From Bigelowiella natans CCMP2755 (taxonomy: Eukaryota; Protista; Cercozoa), in NCBI GenBank assembly GCA_000320545.1, contig ADNK01000772.1:62001-126000 (forward strand): 64,000 nucleotides of DNA. Reading direction: 5' to 3'. The notes below the pieces were generated by a model. The model saw only the letters and a list, made by a program, of their open reading frames with translations, was not told where the DNA came from and made no database searches. Shown here one piece after another: positions 13,141 to 38,543 of the stretch. The position numbers and the translations under genes were made by a program. Position 1 is the stretch's first letter; the number at the start of each line of letters is the position of its first letter.

Positions 13141-14866
13141 TCACATCGCAGCTTTCAGCTCGGTTGCTGGTTGAGCATAATGAGCTGCTGCTGCTCGCAT
13201 GTTTTCATCTATCTCTTCTCTCGTTAGTTTCTTGAGGAGAAAGGACATCTTGCCGTAACGCTCATGAAGCTTAGCATCAGCAGCCGTTTCTACTCCTTCT
13301 TTCCATTCATTGATCCAAGTCTGGGCATCAGCATTAGTTTCCACTCCTCCTTTCCATTCATTAATCCATGTCTGGGCATCGATCACCTACAGGGGAGAGA
13401 CTTTCGAGTTACTAATTAGGGGTCATCAAGATGGCACCAGAAACCTCTAAAAACTAGGAAATATTGAAGCATCGTGAATTTTTTGAGAGAATCATGATCG
13501 AGGTCATCATTGGCAAGTAGCAGGATAGGCAGGCTTGCTAATAAGAGGAAAGGGGGGGAGAGAGTGCTGTTGCGAACTTCCTCTACCAAGTAGCTCTACT
13601 GCTATGTAAAGGAAAAAGGAATCCTGCGTTGCTGGTGTGTTTGAGCTACCGGTGCTGCTGGTGCCGTTGGCTCGGGGTCAGAAATAGGTGGCAGGTTTCC
13701 TAGCTTCACCATTGCCTTGAGTTCAAACATGTTTAGCGTTTCTCCTACATCTGACGCGACTTGCAGGTACTGCTTCATCAGCTTGCGCTGTTCGGTAGTA
13801 AGCTGACGTGCACGACAACGCAAAATAGGGGGAAAACAACGGAGAGGGAAGAAAAGTTATGGAGAGACCGGGTGTGCAAGAGCAGTGGCTCCCTGTAATC
13901 AAAAAATAATACTCAAAAGCAACTAAATACAAGCGACATATTTGTAAAAATCCATTATTTCTTCCCGTGAAAGCCAAGTGATGAATGCACCCTCGTTTTG
14001 ATCATGCCTAGACATTTCATTCATGCAACCAAGTATACAACATGCATGCTTGTTAGAGCTAGGGTATCATCACCATCATGGTCATCATCCAGTGTGTGTA
14101 TCAGTACAATACAATACAATACAATACAATACAATACATCGTCGTCCATGAACGTTTGGCTTGCTGCAGTAACTGAAACTCGAGACGAACGTCCCCCAAC
14201 ACTGACAGGAGCTTCTGCTGCTGCTGCGGCATAAGAAAATTCAGATTAGAGTGTATTTTTTCCACACAAGATCTAATTATTATTTCCTCGCCATTCGCAC
14301 CCATCCTCTTCGAAAGAAAAGAAGGAATACATAGGGAAGGGATAACAAAATCAATAATTGCTCACAGTGGTAGCCATTTCATCGAGGAGCTTCCTCTCCA
14401 TTCATATGTTCATAGGAAGATAGCTTTGATTCTATGATGAGATCTACTGTTATTACTTACCATAAGATAATTCGATCTTTGGCTCTATTGTGGCGGTGGA
14501 GATTTCCTGATAATTGCGTGGATGTGTATAACTTGGTTTATGGTATATTGTGAGCCCATAAATATTCAACATCCCGAAAATACATGGCGAGCCCGTCATG
14601 CTGAAATATGGCATTATCATATGATATAATTGCTGATCTCGTCATTGTGTGTTTACCGAAATGGTCGAGTGTGGCTGGGTTTTCTTAATATGGGAGGCGA
14701 AGCGACTTGTACTCTGCTTCATGCGGTGGTAATGAGCTGCTGCTGCCAACCTGGGTGCTCTTAGACGACCACGCGTTGCGGCAGAGCCGATGGAGCTCAG
14801 ACGGGCCGATACTACTGCGACAAGCAGGAGTTGCGCGCATCGGTTGAAGGCAGAAGACAGCCTCAT
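13141..14866 (-). CDS. Hypothetical protein with a signal-peptide/transit-like leader and a tandem DAQTWINEWKxGVE repeat; probably plastid-targeted
   Basis: The N-terminus MRLSSAFNRCAQLLLVAVVSARLSSIGSAATRGRLRAPRL has a hydrophobic core followed by an R/S/A-rich stretch. Downstream exons read LTTEQRKLMKQYLQ...PAAP|VIDAQTWINEWKGGVETNADAQTWINEWKEGVET. Middle exons and the 3' end are not fully resolved. Confidence 0.55.
13274..13380 (-). repeat. 51-bp (17-aa) coding tandem repeat, 2 copies
   Basis: 13274-13324 and 13325-13375 align with a few mostly synonymous differences. Confidence 0.9.
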
Positions 14867-16060
14867 CTTTTGCTTGTTCTAATTACCGCATTCGTGTGCA
14901 ATTCAGGTTAAGAATTCATACTTTGCTGACCCATGAAGATCGAACAACATCACTCCTCCAGCCAACCCCCCCCCTTTATTCCGACATAGAAACAGATTTG
15001 AATGAAACTTCTACTAAATATAGCACATCAGGCTTATTGCAGCACAACAATCAACGTGCGGAATCAATCTCCCCCCCCCCCCCCACAACATGCATGGTCC
15101 ACGTCACGTGGTCGTTCTGACCCCTAGTTTTGCCAGGAACGACGAATGGTTTCTCTACTTGAGTGTAGTTTGTAGACGCAGGTCGTTTGGCCCATGCGAC
15201 CTGCACTTTCAAAGTAAACCCGAGGCGCCAAAAGTCGAAAAAAAGAGAAAATCAGAGTAAAAATGAGCTCGCATGTTTCAATTTCTCCGGAAAAGCATCA
15301 CGATTTTGTTTACTTGCACCAGCATGTGATGCCGTACGGATAAAATTGCACAAAGTGATGGGTATCTTTTGATGATATAGATCTAGGCACGATCCTATCG
15401 AAATGAAAATCTCCTGCCGTCGTTTTGTTTCCCTCCGGCCGGAAGAAAACACAGGAGAACAAACCAACAGGACGGCATCTGGTCATCATCTGCGACAAAA
15501 GTGCAAGCTGGAGGCTGTTGACTGCTGAGTTTCTCTGGGTGTTTGGCCTATGCGACAACCTTCTTCTTCGATAGTTACCGGTAGGTTGAAGTTGAATTAT
15601 GAAGAAGAAGAAGAAGAAGAAGAAGATTACAGGAGAATGTGAGTATTTTTGTGTTGGATCGGTAGATCTCGTACATCCACCTACCCCTATGCTACAAGGA
15701 CCGTAGCTACATTCAAAGCAAGTGTATAACACGAAGGGAAAGGAAGAGAATATATGCTCAGCCCATGTCCCGTGTGGCGGTAGGTAGGTATCATCGGAAT
15801 GCTGTTCTGTGGCCCAGGGAAGAACATACATGTTCTAGATGGAAGCCATCCGTCAGCTTGCTTCATCGATATCCTATTTGCAGGGTACTGCTGATCTCAA
15901 TTATTATGCATGAAAAGCCTAATCAAAATTCCTACAATGAACGGCAAGAACGCCTTGCCCGAAGATAAAAACGAACACTCCTTCGATTGGTGGGGGTGGG
16001 AGAGGCCTCGTTTTAATTTCGTGTGGCACATGATTTGCAAGCGAATCTTAGTACTGACGG

Positions 16061-29086
<13,026 letters not shown>

Positions 29087-29549
29087 AACAGCATCGTATT
29101 ATAAACAGTTATGCGACGTAATGTATCACTCACCTGCTAGCCTGTGCAATGTACGCATTCCATACATCCATCTTGCACATTATGCGCAGCCTTGCACGAA
29201 TTTACACACTGTGAAGCTGGGTTCAGCATGCGTAGCATTCATCAATGAAATGTTAACACGTAGTTTTCTTGGAGCCCGTGTTGTACGCATGATCTAGCTA
29301 GGTCATGCAGGAGCGTATGCGAAGTGTTTCACGATGCGTAGAAGCAATGCGCGCATGAAGTTTCATTGCATTAGATGTCCCACATAGCTAGATAGTACTG
29401 CCGCCTACATACATGCATGGATGGATGCATGAGTATGAGCATGCTTGCGCATGCAGATGCATGCGAAGTTACAAATTGTAGTTCCTGTTTGCATGGTCAT
29501 TTTTCAACACGTTATGAATCTCAAAATATCGTGGAAGAAAGTTTAATTG

Positions 29550-32290
29550 CTAAGTTTGAAAACTAATCTTTGGGTCTCTCTGGCTGTCCTTTTCATAATT
29601 AGATATTGACGCCGCATCAGAAACGTTTTGAACTTCGACACTTTTTCCACGTGTCGCTAAAATAAGGCGATAGAGTTGTTTTCGAGTTGTTTGTTCTTCC
29701 CTTTGTAGACTCGCATAGTTTTGAGCTTGCTCTATTTTAGAGCCTATTACAATAGCACCGATGAATACTGAGAATCTAAACAATGGGCTCCGAATATCTT
29801 CGGCTGGTGCTCGTCCCATGATGGGCCCAACGGTGATCAAAAACATTGGAACGGTTTGCAGAATTAGAAGAGCTGTATTGATGTAAACGTAGGTGCGTTC
29901 TCGACGATTCCTGTAAGAACAGTATCATGTCAGCAACTCAGAATATGGGTGAAATTTATTTCTAGCATTACGTTCGAATGGATTCTATGTAAGTCTGATA
30001 TTGTTTTCCAGGAAGGCGTCCAAGTTCATATTGCAGACGCTTCGAGTCTTCCTGTGGGGCATAAATCTGGAGTTTACTTTCATCTTCATCTAAAGCCCCA
30101 CTTTGAAGGAGCTCGCCAGCTGTATGTTTTGTATTTTTGAGGAGCTTCCCAAATACTCCTTTCCACTCCGGGTTTTCTTTTAATTCCATTTCGGGATTAG
30201 TCTGAATTTTAGCACCGAGACTCATCGAAAGAAATTGGACAGCACAACCTTTTCCTTCAAGTTGTTTGTGTTAATAAGCAAATACCATATGAAAGGCAGC
30301 TAACAAATGCTTCCACTTTTCTTTCCTAAAAGTTTTCACAAATCGCACAAGGTAGCGCATTTTCTCTTCCTCGCTTTCGCTTGCCTTTAGAAACGACTTG
30401 TGAGAAGGGAAGGATGTGTTCAGAGAAATGCTACAGTTTGCTTACATGAGAGTGTAGCCTAACAAGAATCCATACAAATCCGATTGTTGCAAGGAATATA
30501 GAAACTCCTCCAATCGAAAGGAAGATTATGACCGGCAGTTCGAATTCATCCAACTCTGGTCTCGGCTGAATGATTCTCGTAAAGGTTGCTATGTCTGTGG
30601 AATAGTTTATCCAGCTTCCCACAACAGTTACTAGAATTTTTAGAACATCCTGCATGTATAGTTCTTTTAGTTCTTAATGAAACACATGTCACGGGAGCTT
30701 ACCTGAAGAACGATTCCGGTTGATTTGGTTGTGAGGTCGAGTTTCCACAAGAAATATAGGAAGATCAGAAGTGAGACAGCGCAACCGCAACCGATTATTA
30801 TTATAGTAACATCGAAAACAGATGCTGGAAACGTGCAATTTTGCAATGAAACTGAGCCCTCCTCTGATTCAGACTCCACGGGGCATTCTTCAACAGACAA
30901 GCCATCCTCACAAAAGAAATTAGATGGACACACAGTACATTCTGTACTTCCGGGTACATTAGAGAAGGTTCCAGGAGGGCATCTGATTTGCACGACCGAC
31001 GTAGGGCACCTAGAAAAACATGTGTAGCATTCAGCTCACCCGAAATCAAATTAGAAATCTTTACATGAATCCTGGTGGGCATTGGCCAGGAGTCGACGAA
31101 TTCGAAGGGCAAAATTGTCCCGGATCATCACAACCGAACATCTACATAGAACCAAGTGAAATTATGGCAACTTTATTTTCGTTGTTGTTCACAACGTCGA
31201 TGAGATGATTCCATTTTGAGGTACTGTGACTTAAATTGGTGCCTTTATCCGTCACTTACTTTTGTACTTTACTTTATTTTTATTTTGCATGCATAAAACA
31301 ACAAACCAAAGTTGGTGATGGGCAGTAAGAGCCAGCAGGGCACGCAATGGGGCGGAGATTGCCTTCGGGACAAAAATCTCCGAGATTGCATTCCAGCCTT
31401 CGACTAGGCGTTTCACAATAAAAGCCTAAAAAAAAAGCACCGTGGTGTCTTAATCATCATCGGCTGAAATAAAGAACAATACTTTGCAACAAGAGTTAAT
31501 ATAACAATGTCTTCGATCACCTGCTGGACAAAGCGAACGACTTGTGGACCCACTAGGGCAGTAATCTCCAGGATCGCAAGGAAACCGCATTGTAGAAGTT
31601 GGACAGAAAGAACCTTGTGGGCAGAGTCTGCGTTCTGTGCTTCCTAAAATGCGGAGGAGAACTTCGATTCAATTATGTAACATATCAGAACTTTCACATT
31701 CACCTGGAGGACAGAATTCAGCGGTTGAGCATGGAACCAGCAGCGGAAATGTTTCATCCGCTGGGCAGAAGAAGCCCCCAGGGCATGTGAAGGGCTCTTG
31801 TAAATCAGTTTCATTGCAGAGCTGCCCCGGGTTACAAAGTTCGCAATCATCACCCACGCCGCCGTAGAATCCGATTGGGCACACGCAATCCTCCACAACG
31901 ATCGCATTTTGAATCAATGTGATTCGTTCGTTCCTACAACACTATGTCATGGTGATGAGTGACAATGAGCGAAAAGTTCATACCTGCAAGGAATCCTTTC
32001 AACACCGTCGCAGTAAGCATTAAATCCACATGGAGAGATGCAGTTCTGCTTTGTCAAAGTTTGCACGGCACACTGTGAAGAGATCACTTGCACATCACAT
32101 GCATGCTTTTGATGAATAATTTGTTCAAATGAAATGCAACTGAATTTCGCATCAACTGTTTGCCAAACCACCAGACCGTTGCATTGTTTGTGTCGATGAA
32201 CTGTCCAGGGGGGCAATCCTGGGCGCTTGCAATGGCAAGTAGCGCGGCAACCCAGGTCATGCGATTCGGAGCAGCAGCAGCCATCATCAT
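29550..32290 (-). CDS. Multi-pass membrane protein with a signal peptide and a cysteine-rich ectodomain (GCC2/GCC3, ephrin-receptor-like CPxGxFC repeats)
   Basis: Signal peptide MTWVAALLAIASA-QDCPPGQF. More than 10 repeats such as CPIGFYG, CPGGFFCP, CPQGSFCP, CPAGFYC, CPAGSYCP and CPPGTFSNVPGSTECTVCP. Then hydrophobic helices (TIIIIGCGCAVSLLIFLYFLW; VIIFLSIGGVSIFLATIGFVWILV; TALLILQTVPMFLITV; FSVFIGAIVIG). Introns are short GT-AG. Confidence 0.85.
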
Positions 32291-33217
32291 TTTTTGTTTT
32301 GGAGAAACGAAGGTTTTTGCGCTGTGCGACCACGCATTTCCATTGTCTCACAAGTCGATTTCCAGTGACAAAAAATCTGAGCAAGACGTGTGGTTCAACG
32401 CAAGCGCCTGCGTCCGAGCGCCGTGGCTGACGGATGCGCACAGGATCCTTCACTTTCCTTCGCGGTTCTTGTTGTTTGAGGAGGATGAGTCAGCACTTTG
32501 ATGATCCTTTCATTTGTGTGCACCATTGGAGCTCGATCACACACACTTCGTGTCAATTGAGCGCATGGCTCTTGTTGAACAACGTGGCGTTGCCAGAGTG
32601 CACGACGAGCAAAAGGCGATGCCACTTTGTTTTCTTTTGAACAACAATGTTTGTTGTGTTTTTGTCAAGCTGCACGTTGAACACTTCATCGTCACACTTG
32701 CTGTTCGCGGCACACTCCTCACTTGCCGTGCTAGCGTGGCACAGGGCGTGCACCAAGTGCAACACACTCCGGTGCGTTGCCACGGGTCCACCGTGACCCA
32801 CATTGCGACATGGCCATTTTGCAATTGCGATGACCCCATCGTTGTCGCACATGACTTGCGGCCGCACAGTGCTTCATCTGCGCGCTGCACTCCCCCCAAG
32901 TCAGGCACCTCCGCCAGTCGGAGACTCTTTGTCGCTTCCGGAACTCAACCAGCCACCATGTGGTTGGTTCCTCTCCAACCTCTGCAGCACATTTTTTTCA
33001 TGCTGACCTGCATTGTGCAAAAGCTAGTGCGTCACTGCCTCTAGTCCCAATCGATCATGTCTGCATCCGCCGCAGCTGCATGTGCACACTGTTGATTTGC
33101 ATGATGATTGCTGATTGCATGTAGCTTTTACATGCATGTCTACACAGATACAACACACACAGCATTGTGCCAGTGCCTGTGTGTCTGTGTGCGTGTATGT
33201 GCATGTCTATTCCGTAA

Positions 33218-34515
33218 TCATGTTCTACCATTACGTCTATACCCAGCTGCAGCTTTTCGCAGTGAAATCTCAGCGATCTCTGGCGTCATATCTCCTCGTG
33301 CTATTCTACGACGTAATCTCGAAAAGGTTCTCAATGACCATAGTAACTCACGAACCTCTCCAAAATACGCGGAGTCGCTGGAGTTGCCTTTGCAGCGATC
33401 CAGAATGCCCTTCTCGAGCCCAAGCGTCGCAGCTCTTACACAACATCTATATTTGTATTCAAATTGTTTGTAAGTGGCATCACTCATTTGCTGCAAAGCA
33501 TTATTTTTGCTCTTTGATGTGGCTTGTTCCTGCAGTGTATGTGCATCGCAACTGCTTTTAGGCATTGTGATCGGTGCCGGAGCCGATGGCAACGGGCCTG
33601 CCTCTCTCTTCTCTCCCAGTGTTCGGCCTGGGGCATCAATTTTACCTATAGGATCATGCGATAGAGGCAAAAAATGGTCGAAGGAAGTGGAAGTCTCATT
33701 TTTCTTCGTTTGGCCCCCTGTTTCCTGTTTTTCTCGAAGTTCCGCAAGCTCACATCCACTAGTATCTCCTTTCGTTTTGCAGCCACTGCTACTGCTGCTC
33801 CCACATGAGGAATCATTTGGACTTTTAAGCATCACATCCGATTTTACTCGATTTTTGAGTTGTGGGACTCCATTTGGCACCAGGGCGCGGCATATGATAA
33901 CGAGTGCTCTGTCGCGCCGCGAATCTCCAACATCAAACTCAAAACTTGCAGCCTCTTTCTTTGCTTTATGATCTTGCCGCACTTTGTTGCAGCGATACAC
34001 CTCTCTCCATTTATGCACAAGCTTCTTACATCGGTTGTGAATTTCCACATTCTCACGCAGTCGTTTCTTAATTCCGTTTACTATGGCCCCAATCTGTAAG
34101 ATCCAAACAGTTTTTGGTTAGATTCGTTTGAACTGCGAAGGCATGCTTGCAATTTTGTGTCGTTCTATTGGACTTACTTTGGTTTGGAGCAGAATTTCCA
34201 CAGATATGTGAAGTTTATCGAGAGACTTGAGAGCCTCTAATAGGTTGGGGATTTTCGTTCTTTCGTCTTTAAGCTGATCGATGAGCATCTGCACTTTCTT
34301 AAGAGAGGTTACCTTCTTCAGATCCCCTGTTGATATCGTGCATTATGCATGTGAGTGACGCCTCAAAGAGCGATCTCCTTGATGCTGATAATCGTTGCCA
34401 CCTACAGCTAAGAAAGAACAAGAACACCTATCGTGGCCTGCTTGAACCTCTTCAGAGGCTTTTCCTCCCGTTTGGGCTTTGGAGGCCGCTTGGTTTTGAT
34501 TACGAAGCGGTCCAT
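33218..34515 (-). CDS. TCEANC2: Transcription elongation factor A N-terminal and central domain-containing protein 2 homolog (TFIIS domains I+II, no zinc ribbon)
   Basis: MDRFVIKT...FKQATI|GDLKKV matches the TCEANC2 N-terminal signature MDxFVI...KQATI as recalled from the human protein. TFIIS-N domain: LEALKSLDKLHISVEILLQTK|IGAIVNGIKK...CKKLVHKWR. Central domain: RDRALVIICRAL...LEKGIL...YFGEVRELLWSLR...RRRIARG. A long low-complexity insertion splits the central domain. Confidence 0.8.
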
Positions 34516-34821
34516 CAACGAATGATTGGGGAATGCTGTGGCATCCCTGTACAATTCAGGCTATGATACGCGAGGTCCATTCTGCACTGCATCATCACGG
34601 GACAGACATTTCTCTCACAAAGAGTAGTGAGCGGGAACGGGCTTTGAGGTTCGTTCGGCAATTCTGCGGTATTGCCCAATTTTAGCATGTAAAATTGCAT
34701 AAATTCCAAGGTTTCATGATACTACGACAAAAAATACTTACTTTGCCATATTGATGATCAGAAACCTAAATTCAATACCTTGCAAGTATTTCAGATTTTC
34801 ACCTTATGCTACAATCTCACC

Positions 34822-34893
34822 AGCGGCGTGGCGCAGCGGAAGCGCGTGAGGCTCATAACCTCGAGGTCCCTTGATCGAAACAAGGCGCCGCTA
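34822..34893 (+). tRNA. tRNA-iMet: Initiator tRNA-Met (anticodon CAT)
   Basis: 72-nt cloverleaf AGCGGCG...CGCCGCTA with A1:U72, D-arm GCGC-AGCGGAA-GCGC, anticodon loop CTCATAA and the initiator-type T-loop GATCGAAAC (A54/A60). Confidence 0.97.
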
Positions 34894-34894
34894 G

Positions 34895-34903
34895 TTTATT
34901 TTT
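34895..34903 (+). terminator. RNA polymerase III T-tract terminator of the tRNA gene
   Basis: TTTATTTTT immediately follows the tRNA 3' end. Confidence 0.75.
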
Positions 34904-35176
34904 GCATGATTTTTGCTTGAAATTTCAGTGTAAATTAACACAGCGACAAATAAAGAAGAATGTTTCATAGAAGATGTCGCAGCTGCAGTTTTCATGCGTT
35001 TACATGTACATGTACATGTATTGAGAATTCGAATCGCAAATTACAAATGGAATGTTCAAAATAGCATTCTTGATGTTCATAGTCTTCCATATGTTTTTGA
35101 AGCAACGACTCGAGAAAAAAATTGTCGCAGGATGGTAATTAGCCAACACTACCTTTTTTAAAGCATTGTCTAACTC

Positions 35177-36891
35177 ATGGCGTCCGGTGATGTGACATCG
35201 CGAGTAGTGGAGGAGTTGAAGCGCTTCAGGGACTGGAAGCAGAACTTGTGGGACTAATAAAAATGATTCGCCGAAGAAGAAACTTTTTATAAACTGAATT
35301 TAAGTTGTCTTGGTCGCCGCTGCACTAAACACAGAATATGTTTTTGATATAATGTTCATTTCCACTTTTGTTATTCCATGTATTGGACACTTAGGATACA
35401 AGAGATAGACTTATCAAGAGTTGGGAACGATGCATCATCACCATCTTCTTCTTCTTCTTCTTCTTCTTCTTCATCATCATTATTGTCTCAAGAGTATGCT
35501 GCTCGACTTCCGGGATGGCTTCCGGGACGTGCTCGGAGATTCGTTAACAATACAACGTCTTTTGCGCGCAAGATCTACGACTTCTCGTTGATTCCCTCCA
35601 CCCCAGAGGATGAGAAGGAGAAAATAGTTGGAGTGCATCAGGGCGGCGAAGTAGAAGTCTCGAAAGTCATGAGGGTACACCCCCCCCCCACTCTCTCTCT
35701 CTCTCTCTCTCTCTCACTCACTCACTCCTCACACACACGTGCACAATATAGGTGAATCAACTCGATGCACAAACGTTGGATGACGACCTCCACCAGCTTC
35801 TCTGGTACTTCAGAAGTGTTGGCAGCGTATATCTTCCCATATATTCTTGCTCTATATTTTCCATTGTTTTTGAAACACACTGACAACACACTCTAGGGTC
35901 GGTCTCGAGAGAATAGCGCGGCATGGAGGGCAAGGTATCTATTATGCTGTGAACGAGATACATTGACACAAAGTGTAACGACCAATCGTGAATTTTTAAA
36001 AAATAATAACAATGATAATAATGATGAATGATAATTAGGCCTGCTCCTGCAATGGAGGGCGGAGGCTAAGGCGTTGCTGAAATTCACTATCTTCTGGTTG
36101 CTATCCTAATTCCAATTTGTTTATTGTGGTATACGATAACTGAGTAATGGGCGCGGAAGGTGGTCTGATTGAGTGAGAGTGTGGTGATGGCTACTAAGTA
36201 CCTATTATGTGTCTCCTCTCCTCCTCCTCCTCCTTCTCAACGCCATCATTCACGATGTCATAGCCATGTTGCTGCTTATTTATCACGTTATATATATTTT
36301 CCTTATACATGTACTGTTCTCCAGGAACACGATTTGGGCACAAAAGTCAACCCCGGGGATGGAGCTGCAGAACTTGATCCTCACAGGACTCGGAAAGAGG
36401 GTACGTACTTTGTTGCAAGCATGAGTATGTTGTATACCATGCTGCACTGTTCGACAGAAGCGATCATAGATAGATAGCTCTGCGACTTTTTTCTGATTTG
36501 GTCTTTTCCGAAGTCAAGGTCCTTGGTTTGAATGTGGTTTGTTTTTCAAACGCGGTTGATTGGTTTTGCGTCGATGACGATTCAACGGCTGCATACACAC
36601 TGATAGAGGCCAAGGTTTGTTCCTGGGGCCCCACGACTGCGTCTACTGACTTACCGGCAGCGCGTTTTGTACGGCGTTCTCACCATCTTCGCACCGTGGC
36701 TGTTGACTAGATCCAAAGACTATATGTCCGATCGGTACGTGACACACTAGAGCTGTTTTAATACACACACATATTATATTATATACTTACCTGCATCTCA
36801 TTTATGGGAGGAAATGGTTTCGAGAGGGGAAGCTCTCATGAAAAAAGAGACAACAAATAAGATAAACAATTTTAGAATGTTGCCGATGTTT

Positions 36892-36935
<44 letters not shown>

Positions 36936-37114
36936 TCCTCTGCTCCTCCTCCTCCTCCTCCTCCTCCTCCTCCTCCTCTCCTTGACTTTCCGGCTCTTTT
37001 TCCATCTCTTAGGCAATGGATAGGGTTTCAGCGAGGGTCAATTAGGAGGGTGATCTACGAATTGGTAAATGCGTTGGAGCTGGCATGGGACGCTGCCTCG
37101 GTCTGTAACAACTC

Positions 37115-37155
<41 letters not shown>

Positions 37156-37454
37156 ACCACCACCACCACTGTCATTAAGCTAGTAAGAGAGATCAGCATC
37201 GTAGGTAACAATGGTGATGTTCGACGAAGTAGTAGTAGTAGTAGTAGTACTAGTAGTAGTAGTTATAGTGTAATGCGGAACGAGGAGGAGAAGAAGATGG
37301 CTGGAGAGTGAAGAGTGTTCTTCAGTGCCCATGCTTTGCTGTATCAACATTCATCTCTTTGTGCATTAATCCGTTTATGTTTGTCCCCGCTCTCCCTCCT
37401 TTTACTCTAATCAGATTGTGCATATCTTGGTCTTCTTAGCTGGCGGTGCGTAGC

Positions 37455-37489
<35 letters not shown>

Positions 37490-37733
37490 AACGAGGAGGA
37501 TGATGATGAGGAGAAGGAGGAGGAGGAGGGGATGATCATAGCAACGAAAGTGACTTTACTTTGTACTACAATGTGCACTATCGTTGAGTGCGTAGTAGCC
37601 CTTGCCGCATAAGATACAACTTTAGGACCGAACAAAATGAAAGATGATGTTAATTATAATAATTTGTGCTGCAGGAACCTACCGCAATCTCGTTGAAAGA
37701 CTGTTGCGAATAAGGTCATGGAGAACACGCCTT

Positions 37734-37788
<55 letters not shown>

Positions 37789-38476
37789 ATACTAGATAAA
37801 AGCGACGAGAAAGAGGAAAGAATTCTTTCTATCTGACTTCAAACGCAGACCGTTTTTGTCATCATTCCGCAATGTAGATTTCGGAATAATCATCCATTTT
37901 TTAGATCGCACCAGCATAGTTTGATTCTTCCTACGTCGTTTTGAGCAGTTAGTTGACCTTCCTCTTCTCTTCTCAAGGAAATACAACTAAGCACACATCA
38001 TCGTTTGGCATGCTTCATCACCACAGGGTTGGATATGTGAATCCGCGTGCACATCGTGCTCTTAGCTTCGAGTTTATGAACCAGGTAGCGTTGTTCTCTC
38101 CGTTTGTACTACTACTACTACTACTACTACTACTACATCTACACATGAGCGGTGCAGTGATTACTCTTCCTCGAAATTCTTCCCTATCTTTGCTAAGTTT
38201 AGTTTGGGACATTTTGTTATTGAAAATGTTACTAACCATTTGTTGTTGTTGTTCTTTTGCTTCTTCTTCTTCTTCTTCTTCTTCTTCTTCTTCTTCTCTG
38301 TTGTTTTTACTGTCTGTCAATAATCATCATCATCGTCGGGATGAATGTAACTACGTAATGATGATGACGATGATGACGATAATGACGACGATGATTATGA
38401 CAATGACGATGGGCTGCAGTATCTAGTCTGGAGGACCGTTGCTCGATTTCTTTTGTTCGCCATACCCCTGGTGGTT

Positions 38477-38543
<67 letters not shown>

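Noticed and set aside
32160-33044. Stack of overlapping ORFs on both strands (up to 176 aa, Cys/His/Val-rich)
   Set aside because: Loss of TpA removes TAA/TAG stops in all frames, so long ORFs are expected by chance. No domain is recognisable.
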